A DNA stretch of 42,209 bases from Gemmatimonadota bacterium (GTDB taxonomy: Bacteria; Gemmatimonadota; Gemmatimonadetes; Palauibacterales; KS3-K002): contig JBDHJS010000059.1 in assembly GCA_039586795.1 (NCBI GenBank), positions 15,505-57,713 of the forward strand, written 5' to 3'. The translations under genes and the position numbers were made by a program. Below are positions 29,952 through 39,379 of this stretch, in pieces. The notes below the pieces were generated by a model. The model was not told where the DNA came from, made no database searches, and saw nothing but the letters and a program-made list of their open reading frames with translations. The first letter of the stretch is position 1; each line of letters begins with the position of its first letter.

Positions 29952-32900
29952 CTACTGCCTCACGCGAACCGGGAACGCCGGCCGCGTCAACCGCTCCACC
30001 GGATCCTCCGCCAGCTGCTGCAGGATCACCTCGATCGCTCGCTCCAGCTGCGGATCACGCCCAGCGATCACGTCCGCCGGCCACTGCTCGACCTCGATAT
30101 CCGGTGGCACGCCCACGTTCTCCACCACCCAACCGTCCTCCGTCCAGATCGCCAGGTTGGGCGCCGTGATGCCTCCGCCATCCATCAGCACCGGGAAGCC
30201 CAGGGTTCCGACCAGGCCGCCCCATGTCGGACGACCGATTAATGTACCCAGCTCGAACTTGCGGAACATCCAGGGCAGCAGATCGCCGCCGGAGCCGGCC
30301 GTCTCATCGATCAGCATCACCTTGGGCCCGAAGATCGCGCCCTGCGGCGTCAGCAGATCCTCGCCGTAGCGCATCGCCCAGTAGGAAATGTACTGACGCC
30401 GCAGGATGTTGATGTAGTAGTCGGCGATCTGGCCGCCGCCATTATGGCGCTCATCGATGATGATCGCATCTTTGCCAGTCTGTGGGAAGAAATAGCGCTT
30501 GAAGTAGGTGTGGCCCGAGCCCGCCGTGTTCGGCACATAAACGTATGCCACCCGGCCATCTGTCGCCTCGTGCACCTTCTTCAAGTTGCCTTCTACCCAG
30601 TCACGATTGCGGAGCGCGGACTCGCTGGAGACCGGCACCACGTTGACCGTACGCGCACCGGAGCCATTCGCGTTGGGTCCGACCGTCAGCTCGACGATCA
30701 TGCCCGACGTGTTCTCGAACCGCGCGAATAGATTGTCCGGCGGACGCAACTCTTCGCCGTTCACTGCCAGCAGGTACTCTCCTGCTTCGATCTCGACGCC
30801 CGGCTCCGTCAGCGGCGAGCGGAGCTCCGGGTTCCAGTTGAGCCCACCGTAGACCTTGGCGAAGCGGTATCGCCCGTTCTCGATCTCGTAGTCGGCGCCC
30901 AACAAGCCACCGGGCACGAAGTCGGCGCTGCGTGGAAAATCACCGCCGCCCAGCCGGTGATGTCCTACAGCGATCTCGCTGTGCAGCCACATCATCACGG
31001 TGTTGAGTTGACCGCGCGTGCGTACGTGGGGCAGGAAGATAGAGTACTTCTCGCGCAGCATCTCCCAGTCGGCGCCGTGCATGTTCGGATCGTAGAAGAA
31101 GTCCCGGTTGATGCGCCACGCTTCATTGTAGATCTGCACCCACTCGACGGGCGGATCGATCTTCACTCGGATCTGGTTGACCGCCAGCCGGCCGTCGCCA
31201 GGCTTGACCGCGGACGCGCCCGAGATGAACCAGCTGTCGTTGGAGCGATAGAGAACCTGCTTGTTGTCGGCCGAAACGGTGAAGGCATCTACATCTGAGG
31301 CCAATGACTTCTCCTCTCGCTCGCTCAGGTCGAACATCGTCAGGCTCAACTCGCCGCCGCCGCCGCCGAAGAAGCTGAACGGCTCTTCCGACTTCAGGTA
31401 GTAGAGCTTGCCCGCCGGGCCCGGCGTCAGGCTGAAGTACGTCGCCGGCTCCAGCGGTAGGTCGAGTATCCGCTGGTCCAGCCCGTCAAAATCGATCACC
31501 ACCGTACCGTCGTCGTCGCCATTCGCATCGCCACCACTCTCCGCGTCGGCCGGGTTTTCTTCATCGCTCTCCTTCGCCAGCGGTGATGGCGTGCCCTTCT
31601 GAAGCACGACCAGGTAGATGGAGCTGTACGCTTCCAGGTCCTGGTTCGATTGGGCGAACCACTGGATCACCGGGCCCGCGTCCGTCGAGGCAACCAGATA
31701 CAGGTACTTGCCGGACGCGTCGAACACCGGCTCGAACACCTCGCTCATCCCATCGGTGATCGCGTGCGACTCGTTCTCCTCCAACGAGTAGACGTACACC
31801 GTGTGGAGGTTGGTCGAGTTGTTCCGCGTGTAGGCGATCCAGCGCGAATCCGGCGACCACGAGTGGTAGGGCCCGTTCAGCGGGCTGTAGACCTGGTCTT
31901 GCGAGATCTTGGTCATTCGACCACTCGCAACGTCCAGCCAGTACAGGCTGCGCGAGTTGTCGGTGAAGCTGATCTTCTCGCTGTCCGGCGACCAGGCGGG
32001 AGAGTCGTAAAACCCCGACCCGTCGAGCTCGATGCTCCGCGTCTCGCCCTTTCCATCCTGGGGCGCGATGTGCAGCTCGTACTCGCCGGACGCGTCGGAG
32101 AAGTAAGCGATCCACTTCCCGTCCGGCGACCAGGCCGGCGAGCGCTCGTGAGCGCCGGTCGACTGGGTCAGGTTGCGGAAATCACCCTTCTCCTTCGGTA
32201 CCGTCACGATCTCGCCGCGGAACTCGAACACGGCCCGGGCGCCGGACGGTGAGATGCCGTAGCCTCGAACGAAACGTGACCCGCTCACGTAGCGCGGACG
32301 TACGTCTACCAGGTCGGGGGTTACCGTGATCGGGACCGGCGAACTCGATGCCGATCCGGGATCGAACAGGTGTACGTAGCCCGCCTGCTCGTACGCGATG
32401 CGACCGGCGCCTGCCGAGGCGCTGACAACGGGGAAGTCGTTGTGGTTCGTCAGCTGCTCGACCTGGCCCGAGGCCGGATCGAACGAGAACAAGTTGAACT
32501 CGCCATTTCTGTCTGAGCGGAAATAGACCCGGTCGCCGATCCACATCGGATCCGTGTCGTTGCAGCGGTCCTCCGGCTGCGGGATCTGCACCACCGAATA
32601 GTCCGACATGTCGATGATCCAGATCCGTGTGGCCGTTCCACCGCGATAGTTCTTCCACTGGTTGAACGCCTCGTAGAGTGGCGTGTAGGCGATGTGCGTG
32701 CCGTCAGGTGAGTAGGTCGCGTTGAAGGCCGTCGGGATCGGAAGCTTCTCCGGGAACTGCCCGTCCAGCGTGACTGTGAACAGCTGGCGATGCCGACCGG
32801 TATAGACCGAACGCGCCGAGGTGAAGAGCACCGCGCTGCCATCCACGGTGAAGCCCTGCACGATGTCCGAGCCTGGGTGCCAGGTCAGTCGTCGGGGCAC

Positions 32901-33209
32901 GCCGCCCTCGACCGGCACGACGAAGACGTCGGTGTTCCCGTCGTACTGGGCGTTGAACGCCAGCGTGCGACCGTCCGGCGAAAAGCGCGGATTCGACTCC
33001 GATCCTTCGTGAGTCGTGATACGTCGAACGCCGCTGCCGTCGTGCCGGGCGATCCACAGATCCCCGGCGTAGTAGAACGCGACGTGTTCGGCGCTCACCG
33101 CCGGCTGGGCCAGCATCAGGGTCATCCCCTCCTGGGGCGGGATGCTCTGTGCCGTGGCGTCCGCCGCGACAAGAGCGAATAGGGCTAGCCCGGACAATAC
33201 GTAACGCAT
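29952..33209 (-). CDS. Tricorn-like S41 protease
   Basis: Signal peptide, PD40 repeats, PDZ segment, DERHNGGG, GSGGD, TWGG, ENVGVPPD. Confidence 0.95.
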   Translation of the reverse strand: MRYVLSGLALFALVAADATAQSIPPQEGMTLMLAQPAVSAEHVAFYYAGDLWIARHDGSGVRRITTHEGSESNPRFSPDGRTLAFNAQYDGNTDVFVVPVEGGVPRRLTWHPGSDIVQGFTVDGSAVLFTSARSVYTGRHRQLFTVTLDGQFPEKLPIPTAFNATYSPDGTHIAYTPLYEAFNQWKNYRGGTATRIWIIDMSDYSVVQIPQPEDRCNDTDPMWIGDRVYFRSDRNGEFNLFSFDPASGQVEQLTNHNDFPVVSASAGAGRIAYEQAGYVHLFDPGSASSSPVPITVTPDLVDVRPRYVSGSRFVRGYGISPSGARAVFEFRGEIVTVPKEKGDFRNLTQSTGAHERSPAWSPDGKWIAYFSDASGEYELHIAPQDGKGETRSIELDGSGFYDSPAWSPDSEKISFTDNSRSLYWLDVASGRMTKISQDQVYSPLNGPYHSWSPDSRWIAYTRNNSTNLHTVYVYSLEENESHAITDGMSEVFEPVFDASGKYLYLVASTDAGPVIQWFAQSNQDLEAYSSIYLVVLQKGTPSPLAKESDEENPADAESGGDANGDDDGTVVIDFDGLDQRILDLPLEPATYFSLTPGPAGKLYYLKSEEPFSFFGGGGGELSLTMFDLSEREEKSLASDVDAFTVSADNKQVLYRSNDSWFISGASAVKPGDGRLAVNQIRVKIDPPVEWVQIYNEAWRINRDFFYDPNMHGADWEMLREKYSIFLPHVRTRGQLNTVMMWLHSEIAVGHHRLGGGDFPRSADFVPGGLLGADYEIENGRYRFAKVYGGLNWNPELRSPLTEPGVEIEAGEYLLAVNGEELRPPDNLFARFENTSGMIVELTVGPNANGSGARTVNVVPVSSESALRNRDWVEGNLKKVHEATDGRVAYVYVPNTAGSGHTYFKRYFFPQTGKDAIIIDERHNGGGQIADYYINILRRQYISYWAMRYGEDLLTPQGAIFGPKVMLIDETAGSGGDLLPWMFRKFELGTLIGRPTWGGLVGTLGFPVLMDGGGITAPNLAIWTEDGWVVENVGVPPDIEVEQWPADVIAGRDPQLERAIEVILQQLAEDPVERLTRPAFPVRVRQ

Positions 33210-33272
33210 GTGCAGCTCTCCTCTATCACAGGCAGGATTCCTGGCCCGTCCAGCGTTGCGGCGCGGGCGGGC

Positions 33273-34415
33273 TTATCTTTCGCTTCCGGGTTTGACGGTG
33301 ATCTCTTCCTCTAACAACTCCTCGAATGCTTCGAGTAGCGTCGGATAGAACGAGACGAAATCGGTGTATACATCCCGTTGCGCTTCGTAGACTTCGAGTT
33401 TGGCAGTCAGCGTCGGTACGTACATAAACCCGCGGTCCGTCTCCAGCTTCATCGCTCGGTCGCCTTCCTCATCGCCATCACGGTTGTACGCCATGCGCGT
33501 CGTCACCGCGCGGATGATGTGCTCGTTGACGCACGACTCCCAGTCCTCGTAGGCTATCGCGGTCATCGCTTCGCGGATCGGCTCGTACAACGCTTCGTAG
33601 CGGGCGACATCTTCTCGATACCGTTGGGTCGTTGGATTCACGAACGAGTGGCCGAACTCATGCAGCGCCGCGTGCCGCAGGTCCTCGGCGGAGCCGAATG
33701 TCGGGTATCCGTCGACGACGCCCCTGGGGCCCGTGATGTTATAGAGATCGAAGCTACCGTCGGTTCGCTCGATCCGCGGACCGAAACCGCCCTGGTGGTA
33801 GAGCGGTGCCAGCACGAAGTGATAGCTGTGCTGCTGCATCCTGTAATAGTCCTCCAGGATCTCTATGTAGTCGGCACCCTCCGTTAGCGCCTCCGTGCGG
33901 CTCACCATTTCCGCGATCGCCGGTGCCTGTTCATCGTAGAAACGCATGAAATCCGATTCGCGAGCGAAATCGCGCATCAACTCTACGAAAGCGTCCAGGC
34001 GATCCGCGCCACCAGCCTGAGCGATCAGGTCATCAGGAAATTCCGGGTTCACCTCGAGCGCCGGTGGCTCCGATAAATAGAGCATCACCCGTGGTGGTAT
34101 GGAGAACGCGAAGCCTTGCATGCTCATCGCGTCGAACATCTGTACGACCGGGTGCCCTGCGAACGCCGTGAAGTGAGCCTCCATCGCCGTCTTGTACTCG
34201 AAGTCGAACCTGGTCAGCAGGCCGAACCGATCGTTGTAGGCGGAGAGCATCTGGATCGCGGCCAGCAGCTCTATGCGCGGGTCCACGCTGAACTCGAGAC
34301 GGCGCGCCGCGTCTGTGGACGGTGCGCAAGAAAGGCAGAAAGAGCACAGGGCGAGCCCGACCGACACCGTCTTCACTCGGGTGGATTTCTTGATCGCGCG
34401 GGTGGAAACACGCAT
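33273..34415 (-). CDS. DUF4932-like putative lipoprotein with HExxH
   Basis: VDPRIELL, HEFGHSFVNP, NEHIIRA; CLSC lipobox-like sequence. Confidence 0.75.
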   Translation of the reverse strand: MRVSTRAIKKSTRVKTVSVGLALCSFCLSCAPSTDAARRLEFSVDPRIELLAAIQMLSAYNDRFGLLTRFDFEYKTAMEAHFTAFAGHPVVQMFDAMSMQGFAFSIPPRVMLYLSEPPALEVNPEFPDDLIAQAGGADRLDAFVELMRDFARESDFMRFYDEQAPAIAEMVSRTEALTEGADYIEILEDYYRMQQHSYHFVLAPLYHQGGFGPRIERTDGSFDLYNITGPRGVVDGYPTFGSAEDLRHAALHEFGHSFVNPTTQRYREDVARYEALYEPIREAMTAIAYEDWESCVNEHIIRAVTTRMAYNRDGDEEGDRAMKLETDRGFMYVPTLTAKLEVYEAQRDVYTDFVSFYPTLLEAFEELLEEEITVKPGSER

Positions 34416-34536
34416 GGTCGAAACTCCGGGTCAGCGGGACAAAGCACGCCAGGCCACAAGTTAGGGCTAGCCGACAGGCCAGGCGAGTCCTGCGGCGTGT
34501 AAACATCAGTTTTCGCGACGGGATCGCCGGATACGC

Positions 34537-34564
34537 TTGACCCCTCAGGCCCGGCGGTTATCAT
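34537..34564 (+). promoter_or_regulatory. Possible sigma70 promoter
   Basis: TTGACC-N16-TATCAT about 48 nt before ATG 34612. Confidence 0.45.
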
Positions 34565-34611
34565 CCGGGCGCGATTGTCAGCGATCAGTCCCAAACTCAG
34601 GAGTGAAAACC

Positions 34612-35430
34612 ATGTCCTGGAAGCTGTTCCGCGGTGCCCTTCTGCTTCCGCTTGCCCTGGTGATCCCCGCTCTTCCCGCCGCCGCGCAGTCAGGTGCGGA
34701 GGTGCTCGAGGCCGCAACGGCTCGATTCATGGAGCGCATGTCCGGTATCGACAACTACACCATCGTCATGGACGTGATGGGCTACGAGGTCACCAACTAC
34801 TTCGAGCGACGCGAAATTGGCGGGGAAATTACCTACGTGCTCGTGAACGACGGCGGCTACGAGCAACAGGGACCCGACCTCTTCTATAACGGCTTCATGC
34901 AGGTTGCTGACCGGGCGCAGCTGGAAGGAAAAGAAGATGTGGACGGTCACGACTGCCACGTCGTTAAGGTCGACGACTTCTCGGGGATCGATTTCGATCC
35001 GGAAACGCCGGACGAGGAAGAGGACTTCAGGCCAGAGACAGGTTGGTTCTATCTCGATTCCAGCGAGTACTTGATCCGCAGGATGAGTATGAAGGGGCAG
35101 TTCCGGCGCGATGATGAGTGGCAGCCGATGACGATGGAGATCCTCTTCAAGGACTATCGCGAAGTCGACGGCATGCTCCACCCCTTCGTCGCCGAGATGA
35201 ACGTCGCCGGACTCACCGACTCCATGTCCGAGGAAGAGATCGAAGAGGCTCGCAAATCACTGGAAGAGATGAAGGCCCGGATGGCCGAGCTGCCCGAAAG
35301 CCAGCGCGCCGCAGTCGAGCGCATGATGAAGGGGCAAATGGAACAGCTGGAGAACATCGTCAATTCCGGCAGCATGCGGATCACCACCGAGGTCAAAGAG
35401 CTTCGAGTAAACAGCGGCCCACCTAGCTAG
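34612..35430 (+). CDS. Secreted hypothetical protein, possibly LolA-like
   Basis: AGGAG RBS, signal peptide ending AAA-Q, FKDYREVDGMLHPF, acidic helical insert. Confidence 0.7.
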   Translation: MSWKLFRGALLLPLALVIPALPAAAQSGAEVLEAATARFMERMSGIDNYTIVMDVMGYEVTNYFERREIGGEITYVLVNDGGYEQQGPDLFYNGFMQVADRAQLEGKEDVDGHDCHVVKVDDFSGIDFDPETPDEEEDFRPETGWFYLDSSEYLIRRMSMKGQFRRDDEWQPMTMEILFKDYREVDGMLHPFVAEMNVAGLTDSMSEEEIEEARKSLEEMKARMAELPESQRAAVERMMKGQMEQLENIVNSGSMRITTEVKELRVNSGPPS

Positions 35431-35476
35431 TTGCCCGGCGCGGTCCGGGTGTCCTGGTGATAGATCGCGGGGGGTC

Positions 35477-35805
35477 GAGCATGACGGGGACCCCCCGCTT
35501 CATGTCGCGCGGCACCGGGCTGCTATCGCATATGGGGCAGGGCGCTCCAAAAGTCCGCTAAGGGGTCCCCGTCATGCTCTCCCTATCGTGCACATGACCT
35601 TGCCGAGTCGACCCGCCGGTCAGTATGCGATCGGGAACCCGTGGCACAAACAGGGGGCGTGCCAGGTCCTCCAGCGACCACTCGGTCCTGTTGGGGAGGG
35701 CGCAGCCGGGGGGCCATGAGCGGACTTTTGGAGCGCCGCGGCCCGTGAACGACGGTTGCCCGAGCCGCGCGACATGAAGCGAGGCCCCCCGGCTGCGCCC
35801 TCCCC
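35477..35805. repeat. Inverted pair of stem-enclosed elements with a shared core
   Basis: Four perfect inverted repeats of 18, 18, 19 and 23 bp (coordinates in findings). Confidence 0.9.
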
Positions 35806-35996
35806 CCACCAACCGCCGCCAATGCGAACCCACAACTGGCAACAACACTCCGCGATGAGCGGCGCATAACGTCGATAGGCGGCGATAATGGCTGGCGAGA
35901 GACGCGGGCCAGCGTTACGCCGCTTTCGTGCTTGCGGCGGTGCTCATCATCGGATACAGATTCATCCGGAAGATCGGTCTGGAGACGGTAGAGAGT

Positions 35997-37103
35997 ATGA
36001 GCGAAGCTAAGCGCGACAACCTCACCTCGCGGGCGAGTCAGGCTCACGACGTGGTTGATGCACCCTTGAAGCTGGCCAGGCGGTGGTCGTTTTGGGCTAT
36101 CCAGCTGGTCGCGTGGGGCGCGTACGGCTTCCTCACCTACCTCTCCGACCTCCCCAGTCTCGCCGAGGCTCAGATGTTCAGCATGCTCGGTGTGAAGCTC
36201 GTGCGCGCCGCGCTGGGCTTGGGACTCAGTCTGCTCCTTTACCTGCTTTATCGTCACGTGATGATGCGGCGCGCCAGCATCGCCGCGATCGCCGGGGTGG
36301 CGGTCATCGCGTCGCTGGCGGCCAGTGTGATCTGGCATCTTCTATATGATTGGCTGACCGCGACGCCTTCGCTTGACTGGGGCAAGTTCCGCATGTCTCA
36401 CCCCGAATACGCGTTCGTGATGCTCGCCTGGAGCGCGGCTTACCTGGGAATCGAGTTCTGGCGCTACTCGAAGATACAGGAACGCCACGCGCTGGAGGCC
36501 AAGGCGCTGGCCCGAGAGGCTCAGTTGGAGAGTCTCTCCTACCAACTGAATCCTCACTTCCTCTTCAATGCGCTCAACTCCATCCGTGCACTGGTTCAGG
36601 AAGACGGAAGCAAGGCGCGGGAGATGGTGACCCAGCTGTCCGAGTTTCTCCGCCACACTCTGGTCAACGGACCTGCCGAGGCGATCCCGTTGTCCGAAGA
36701 AGTGAGCGTGCTGAGCCAATACCTGGAGATCGAGCAGACCCGCTTCGAGGACCGTCTTTCCGTCACCATCGATATCGACTCCGATATCGCGGAAACGCCA
36801 GTACCGCCGCTCATTCTGCATCCGCTGGTCGAGAACGCGATCAAGTACGGCATGCTCACCAGCCCTGAGCCGCTGCGGATCGCCATCAGGGCCGGACGCG
36901 AGGGCGATGCACTGCGGATCGAGGTGGCGAATACCGGGCTCTTCGACGAGGCAGCGGATCGACGGGCCGGTGCGGAGGGCGCGGGAATCGGTCTTCGCAA
37001 CGTGCGGGAACGGCTGGCGCGCCAGTATCCCGAACGCCACGACCTGCAGGTCATCCAGGACGACGGATGGGTCCGCGTGGTCATCGAGCTCCCCACGGAC
37101 TAG
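35997..37103 (+). CDS. LytS/YehU-type sensor histidine kinase
   Basis: About 4 TM segments; QLNPHFLFNALNSI, PLVENAIKYG, GIGLRNVRERL. Confidence 0.95.
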   Translation: MSEAKRDNLTSRASQAHDVVDAPLKLARRWSFWAIQLVAWGAYGFLTYLSDLPSLAEAQMFSMLGVKLVRAALGLGLSLLLYLLYRHVMMRRASIAAIAGVAVIASLAASVIWHLLYDWLTATPSLDWGKFRMSHPEYAFVMLAWSAAYLGIEFWRYSKIQERHALEAKALAREAQLESLSYQLNPHFLFNALNSIRALVQEDGSKAREMVTQLSEFLRHTLVNGPAEAIPLSEEVSVLSQYLEIEQTRFEDRLSVTIDIDSDIAETPVPPLILHPLVENAIKYGMLTSPEPLRIAIRAGREGDALRIEVANTGLFDEAADRRAGAEGAGIGLRNVRERLARQYPERHDLQVIQDDGWVRVVIELPTD

Positions 37104-37107
37104 ACTC

Positions 37108-37830
37108 ATGTCGAAAGATGTGGCAGCCGTAATCGTCGACGATGAGCGGCTCGCGCGGAGCGAGTTGCGCTCTCTGCTGGCCGCGCATCCAGAAGTGCGG
37201 GTGATCGGCGAGGCAGAATCGGTTCAGAAGGCGGCAGAGGTGATCAACCGGGAGCGACCCGACGTCGTCTTCCTGGATATTCAGCTGGCGGCAGAGACGG
37301 GATTCGACGTGCTGGAATTGATCGACATCGAACCGTCCGTCGTTTTTGTCACCGCGTACGAGCAGCATGCGATCCGCGCCTTCGAGGTGAACGCCCTCGA
37401 CTACCTGCTCAAGCCGGTCACGCCGAAGCGGCTGGCGGCGGCGATCGAGAAGCTCGAGTCGCTCAAGCCAGCGCCGGCTATCAAGGAGCCGCTGCAGTTC
37501 CACGACAGGCTCCTGCTCAGGCTCGACAACGGGATGGCCTTCCTGCGGATCGATGAGATTAGGTACATCGAGGCGGCCGGTGACTACTCGTACGTGCATC
37601 AGCTGAGCGGCAAGAGGCACCTGGTGCACAAGCCGCTCAAGGAGTGGGAAGCGCGCCTTCCGGGGAACTTCTTTCTGCGGATCCACCGCTCGACCATCGT
37701 GAACATGGAGCACGTGGAGCGAATGGAGCCCTGGTCCAACTACAGCTACCTGGTCTATCTGCGCGGGGTGAACCAGCCCCTGAGCATGAGCCGGAGATAT
37801 GCGCTCAAGGCCAAGGACCGCCTCGGCTAG
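37108..37830 (+). CDS. LytTR response regulator
   Basis: IVDDE, FLDIQ, VTAY, DYLLKP, FLRIHRSTIVN, SRRY. Confidence 0.95.
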   Translation: MSKDVAAVIVDDERLARSELRSLLAAHPEVRVIGEAESVQKAAEVINRERPDVVFLDIQLAAETGFDVLELIDIEPSVVFVTAYEQHAIRAFEVNALDYLLKPVTPKRLAAAIEKLESLKPAPAIKEPLQFHDRLLLRLDNGMAFLRIDEIRYIEAAGDYSYVHQLSGKRHLVHKPLKEWEARLPGNFFLRIHRSTIVNMEHVERMEPWSNYSYLVYLRGVNQPLSMSRRYALKAKDRLG

Positions 37831-37884
37831 CTCTCATTCGTCCGTCGGTTCAACCGCTTATCGAGCCGTCCAACCACTCGCCGA
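37831..37884 (+). promoter_or_regulatory. Candidate LytTR binding direct repeats (20-bp period)
   Basis: tcattcgtcc (37834), ccgcttatcg (37854), ccactcgccg (37874). Confidence 0.55.
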
Positions 37885-37966
37885 TTCTTCCTTCCCGAGA
37901 CCTGCTCAGCCCTCTAGAGTTGCCCCGTAGCTCAGCACAACCAGAACCAAGCTATGGGAGACAGCT

Positions 37967-39304
37967 ATGATTACGAGACTGCTTTCAACTGTGTGCGCCG
38001 TACTCGCGCTGACCGCGTGCGATGATGACACGACGGCCGTCGACGGCGCGACGACCTTCGAGGTGCGGATCGAGAACGCCTCGACCGTCTACGACTTCGG
38101 CGCCTCCGGCGTCTTCAACACCCCGGTCGGGGCGGGCTCCCCGGCGCCGATCTTCCCCGGTGAGGCTTACGAGTTCAGCTTCAGCGCCGCGCCGGGCTCG
38201 AAACTGTCATTCGCCACGATGATGGTGCAGTCGAACGACTTCTTCTACGCGCCCGGCCCTCAGGGAATCGAGTTGTTCGACGGTGGCGGCATGGCGAACA
38301 GCGGCGACGTGACATCGCAGATCATGCTCTGGGATTCCGGTCACGAGGTGAACCAGGAGCCCGGCCTCGGCGCCGATCAGGCGCCCCGGCAAAGCGGCCC
38401 GAACACGGGCGCCGTTGATGCCGACAACACGGTGCGCCTCGCGCCCGACGCGTTCGGCAACCTGCCGGCCGTGTCCGACGTGATCCGCGTGACCCTCACC
38501 GCCACCGGCGCGACCAGCTTCACCGTGCGCATCGAGAACGTTTCGACCAGCATGACGCTCATGACCTCCGACATGGCCACCCACGCCGTGCCGATGGCGC
38601 CGGGAGTCTGGGTCGTTCACACGCAGGACGCTCCGATCTTCTCCATGGGTCAAGCCGACCGGGGCGAGGGACTTGAGGCGCTGGCGGAAGACGGTGATCC
38701 CTCAGGTTTGGCAGCGGCCCTCGACGCTCGTACCGGTTTGACGGTGCCGCTCTCGCCTGGCGTCTGGGCCGTGCATACCGGTGACGATCCGTTCTTCACC
38801 GCAGGGCAGGACGACCGCGGCGATGGCCTGGAGATGCTGGCCGAAGACGGCGATCCCTCCGGTCTCGCGGCGGCGCTCTCGAGCGAGACTGGCGTCGCGT
38901 CGAGCGGTGTCTTCAACACGCCCGAGGGAGCGACGATGCCCGGTGTCATTCTTCCCGGCGGCGCCTACGTCTTCGAGGTGACCGGCGAGCCCGGCGACCT
39001 GCTCTCGCTGGCCACCATGTTCGTCCAGTCGAACGACTTGTTCTACTCGCCGGACGGCGATGGGATCGCCCTGTTCACCGCCGGTGGCGCTCCAATCTCC
39101 GGCGACATCACTGCACAGTTCTCGCTTTGGGATGCCGGCACCGAGGTGAACGAGGAGCCGGGCGTCGGGCTCAACCAGGCCCCGCGCCAGGCGGGAGCGG
39201 ACACGGGCGCCGACGAGAATGGCACGGTCGGCCTGGTGAACGACGGGTTCACCTATCCGGCGCACACGTCGGTCATCCGCATCACGATCACGCCACGTCA
39301 GTAG
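37967..39304 (+). CDS. Spondin-domain lipoprotein with an internal duplication
   Basis: Lipobox LTAC; the motif series SFATM.VQSND.FY, LWD.G.EVN.EPG.G..QAPRQ occurs twice. Confidence 0.85.
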   Translation: MITRLLSTVCAVLALTACDDDTTAVDGATTFEVRIENASTVYDFGASGVFNTPVGAGSPAPIFPGEAYEFSFSAAPGSKLSFATMMVQSNDFFYAPGPQGIELFDGGGMANSGDVTSQIMLWDSGHEVNQEPGLGADQAPRQSGPNTGAVDADNTVRLAPDAFGNLPAVSDVIRVTLTATGATSFTVRIENVSTSMTLMTSDMATHAVPMAPGVWVVHTQDAPIFSMGQADRGEGLEALAEDGDPSGLAAALDARTGLTVPLSPGVWAVHTGDDPFFTAGQDDRGDGLEMLAEDGDPSGLAAALSSETGVASSGVFNTPEGATMPGVILPGGAYVFEVTGEPGDLLSLATMFVQSNDLFYSPDGDGIALFTAGGAPISGDITAQFSLWDAGTEVNEEPGVGLNQAPRQAGADTGADENGTVGLVNDGFTYPAHTSVIRITITPRQ

Positions 39305-39332
39305 CTGGAACGCCTTTGTTGTGCGGAATGGG

Positions 39333-39361
39333 CCGCGCCGGGCGGGCAACACCCGGCGCGG
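39333..39361. terminator. GC hairpin between convergent genes
   Basis: ccgcgccggg (39333-39342) pairs with cccggcgcgg (39352-39361). Confidence 0.5.
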
Positions 39362-39379
39362 TTCAAGGCTATTGTACGG

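Noticed and set aside
35467..35498. Simple terminator for the 34612 gene (gcggggggtc/gaccccccgc)
   Set aside because: The hairpin is possible but lacks a U-tract and overlaps the larger repeat element, so it was not called separately.
35477..35805. CRISPR array, attC site, retron or group II intron fragment
   Set aside because: No direct repeat-spacer periodicity, no attC boxes, no reverse transcriptase or integrase, and no intron domain V beyond a GAGCCG hexamer.
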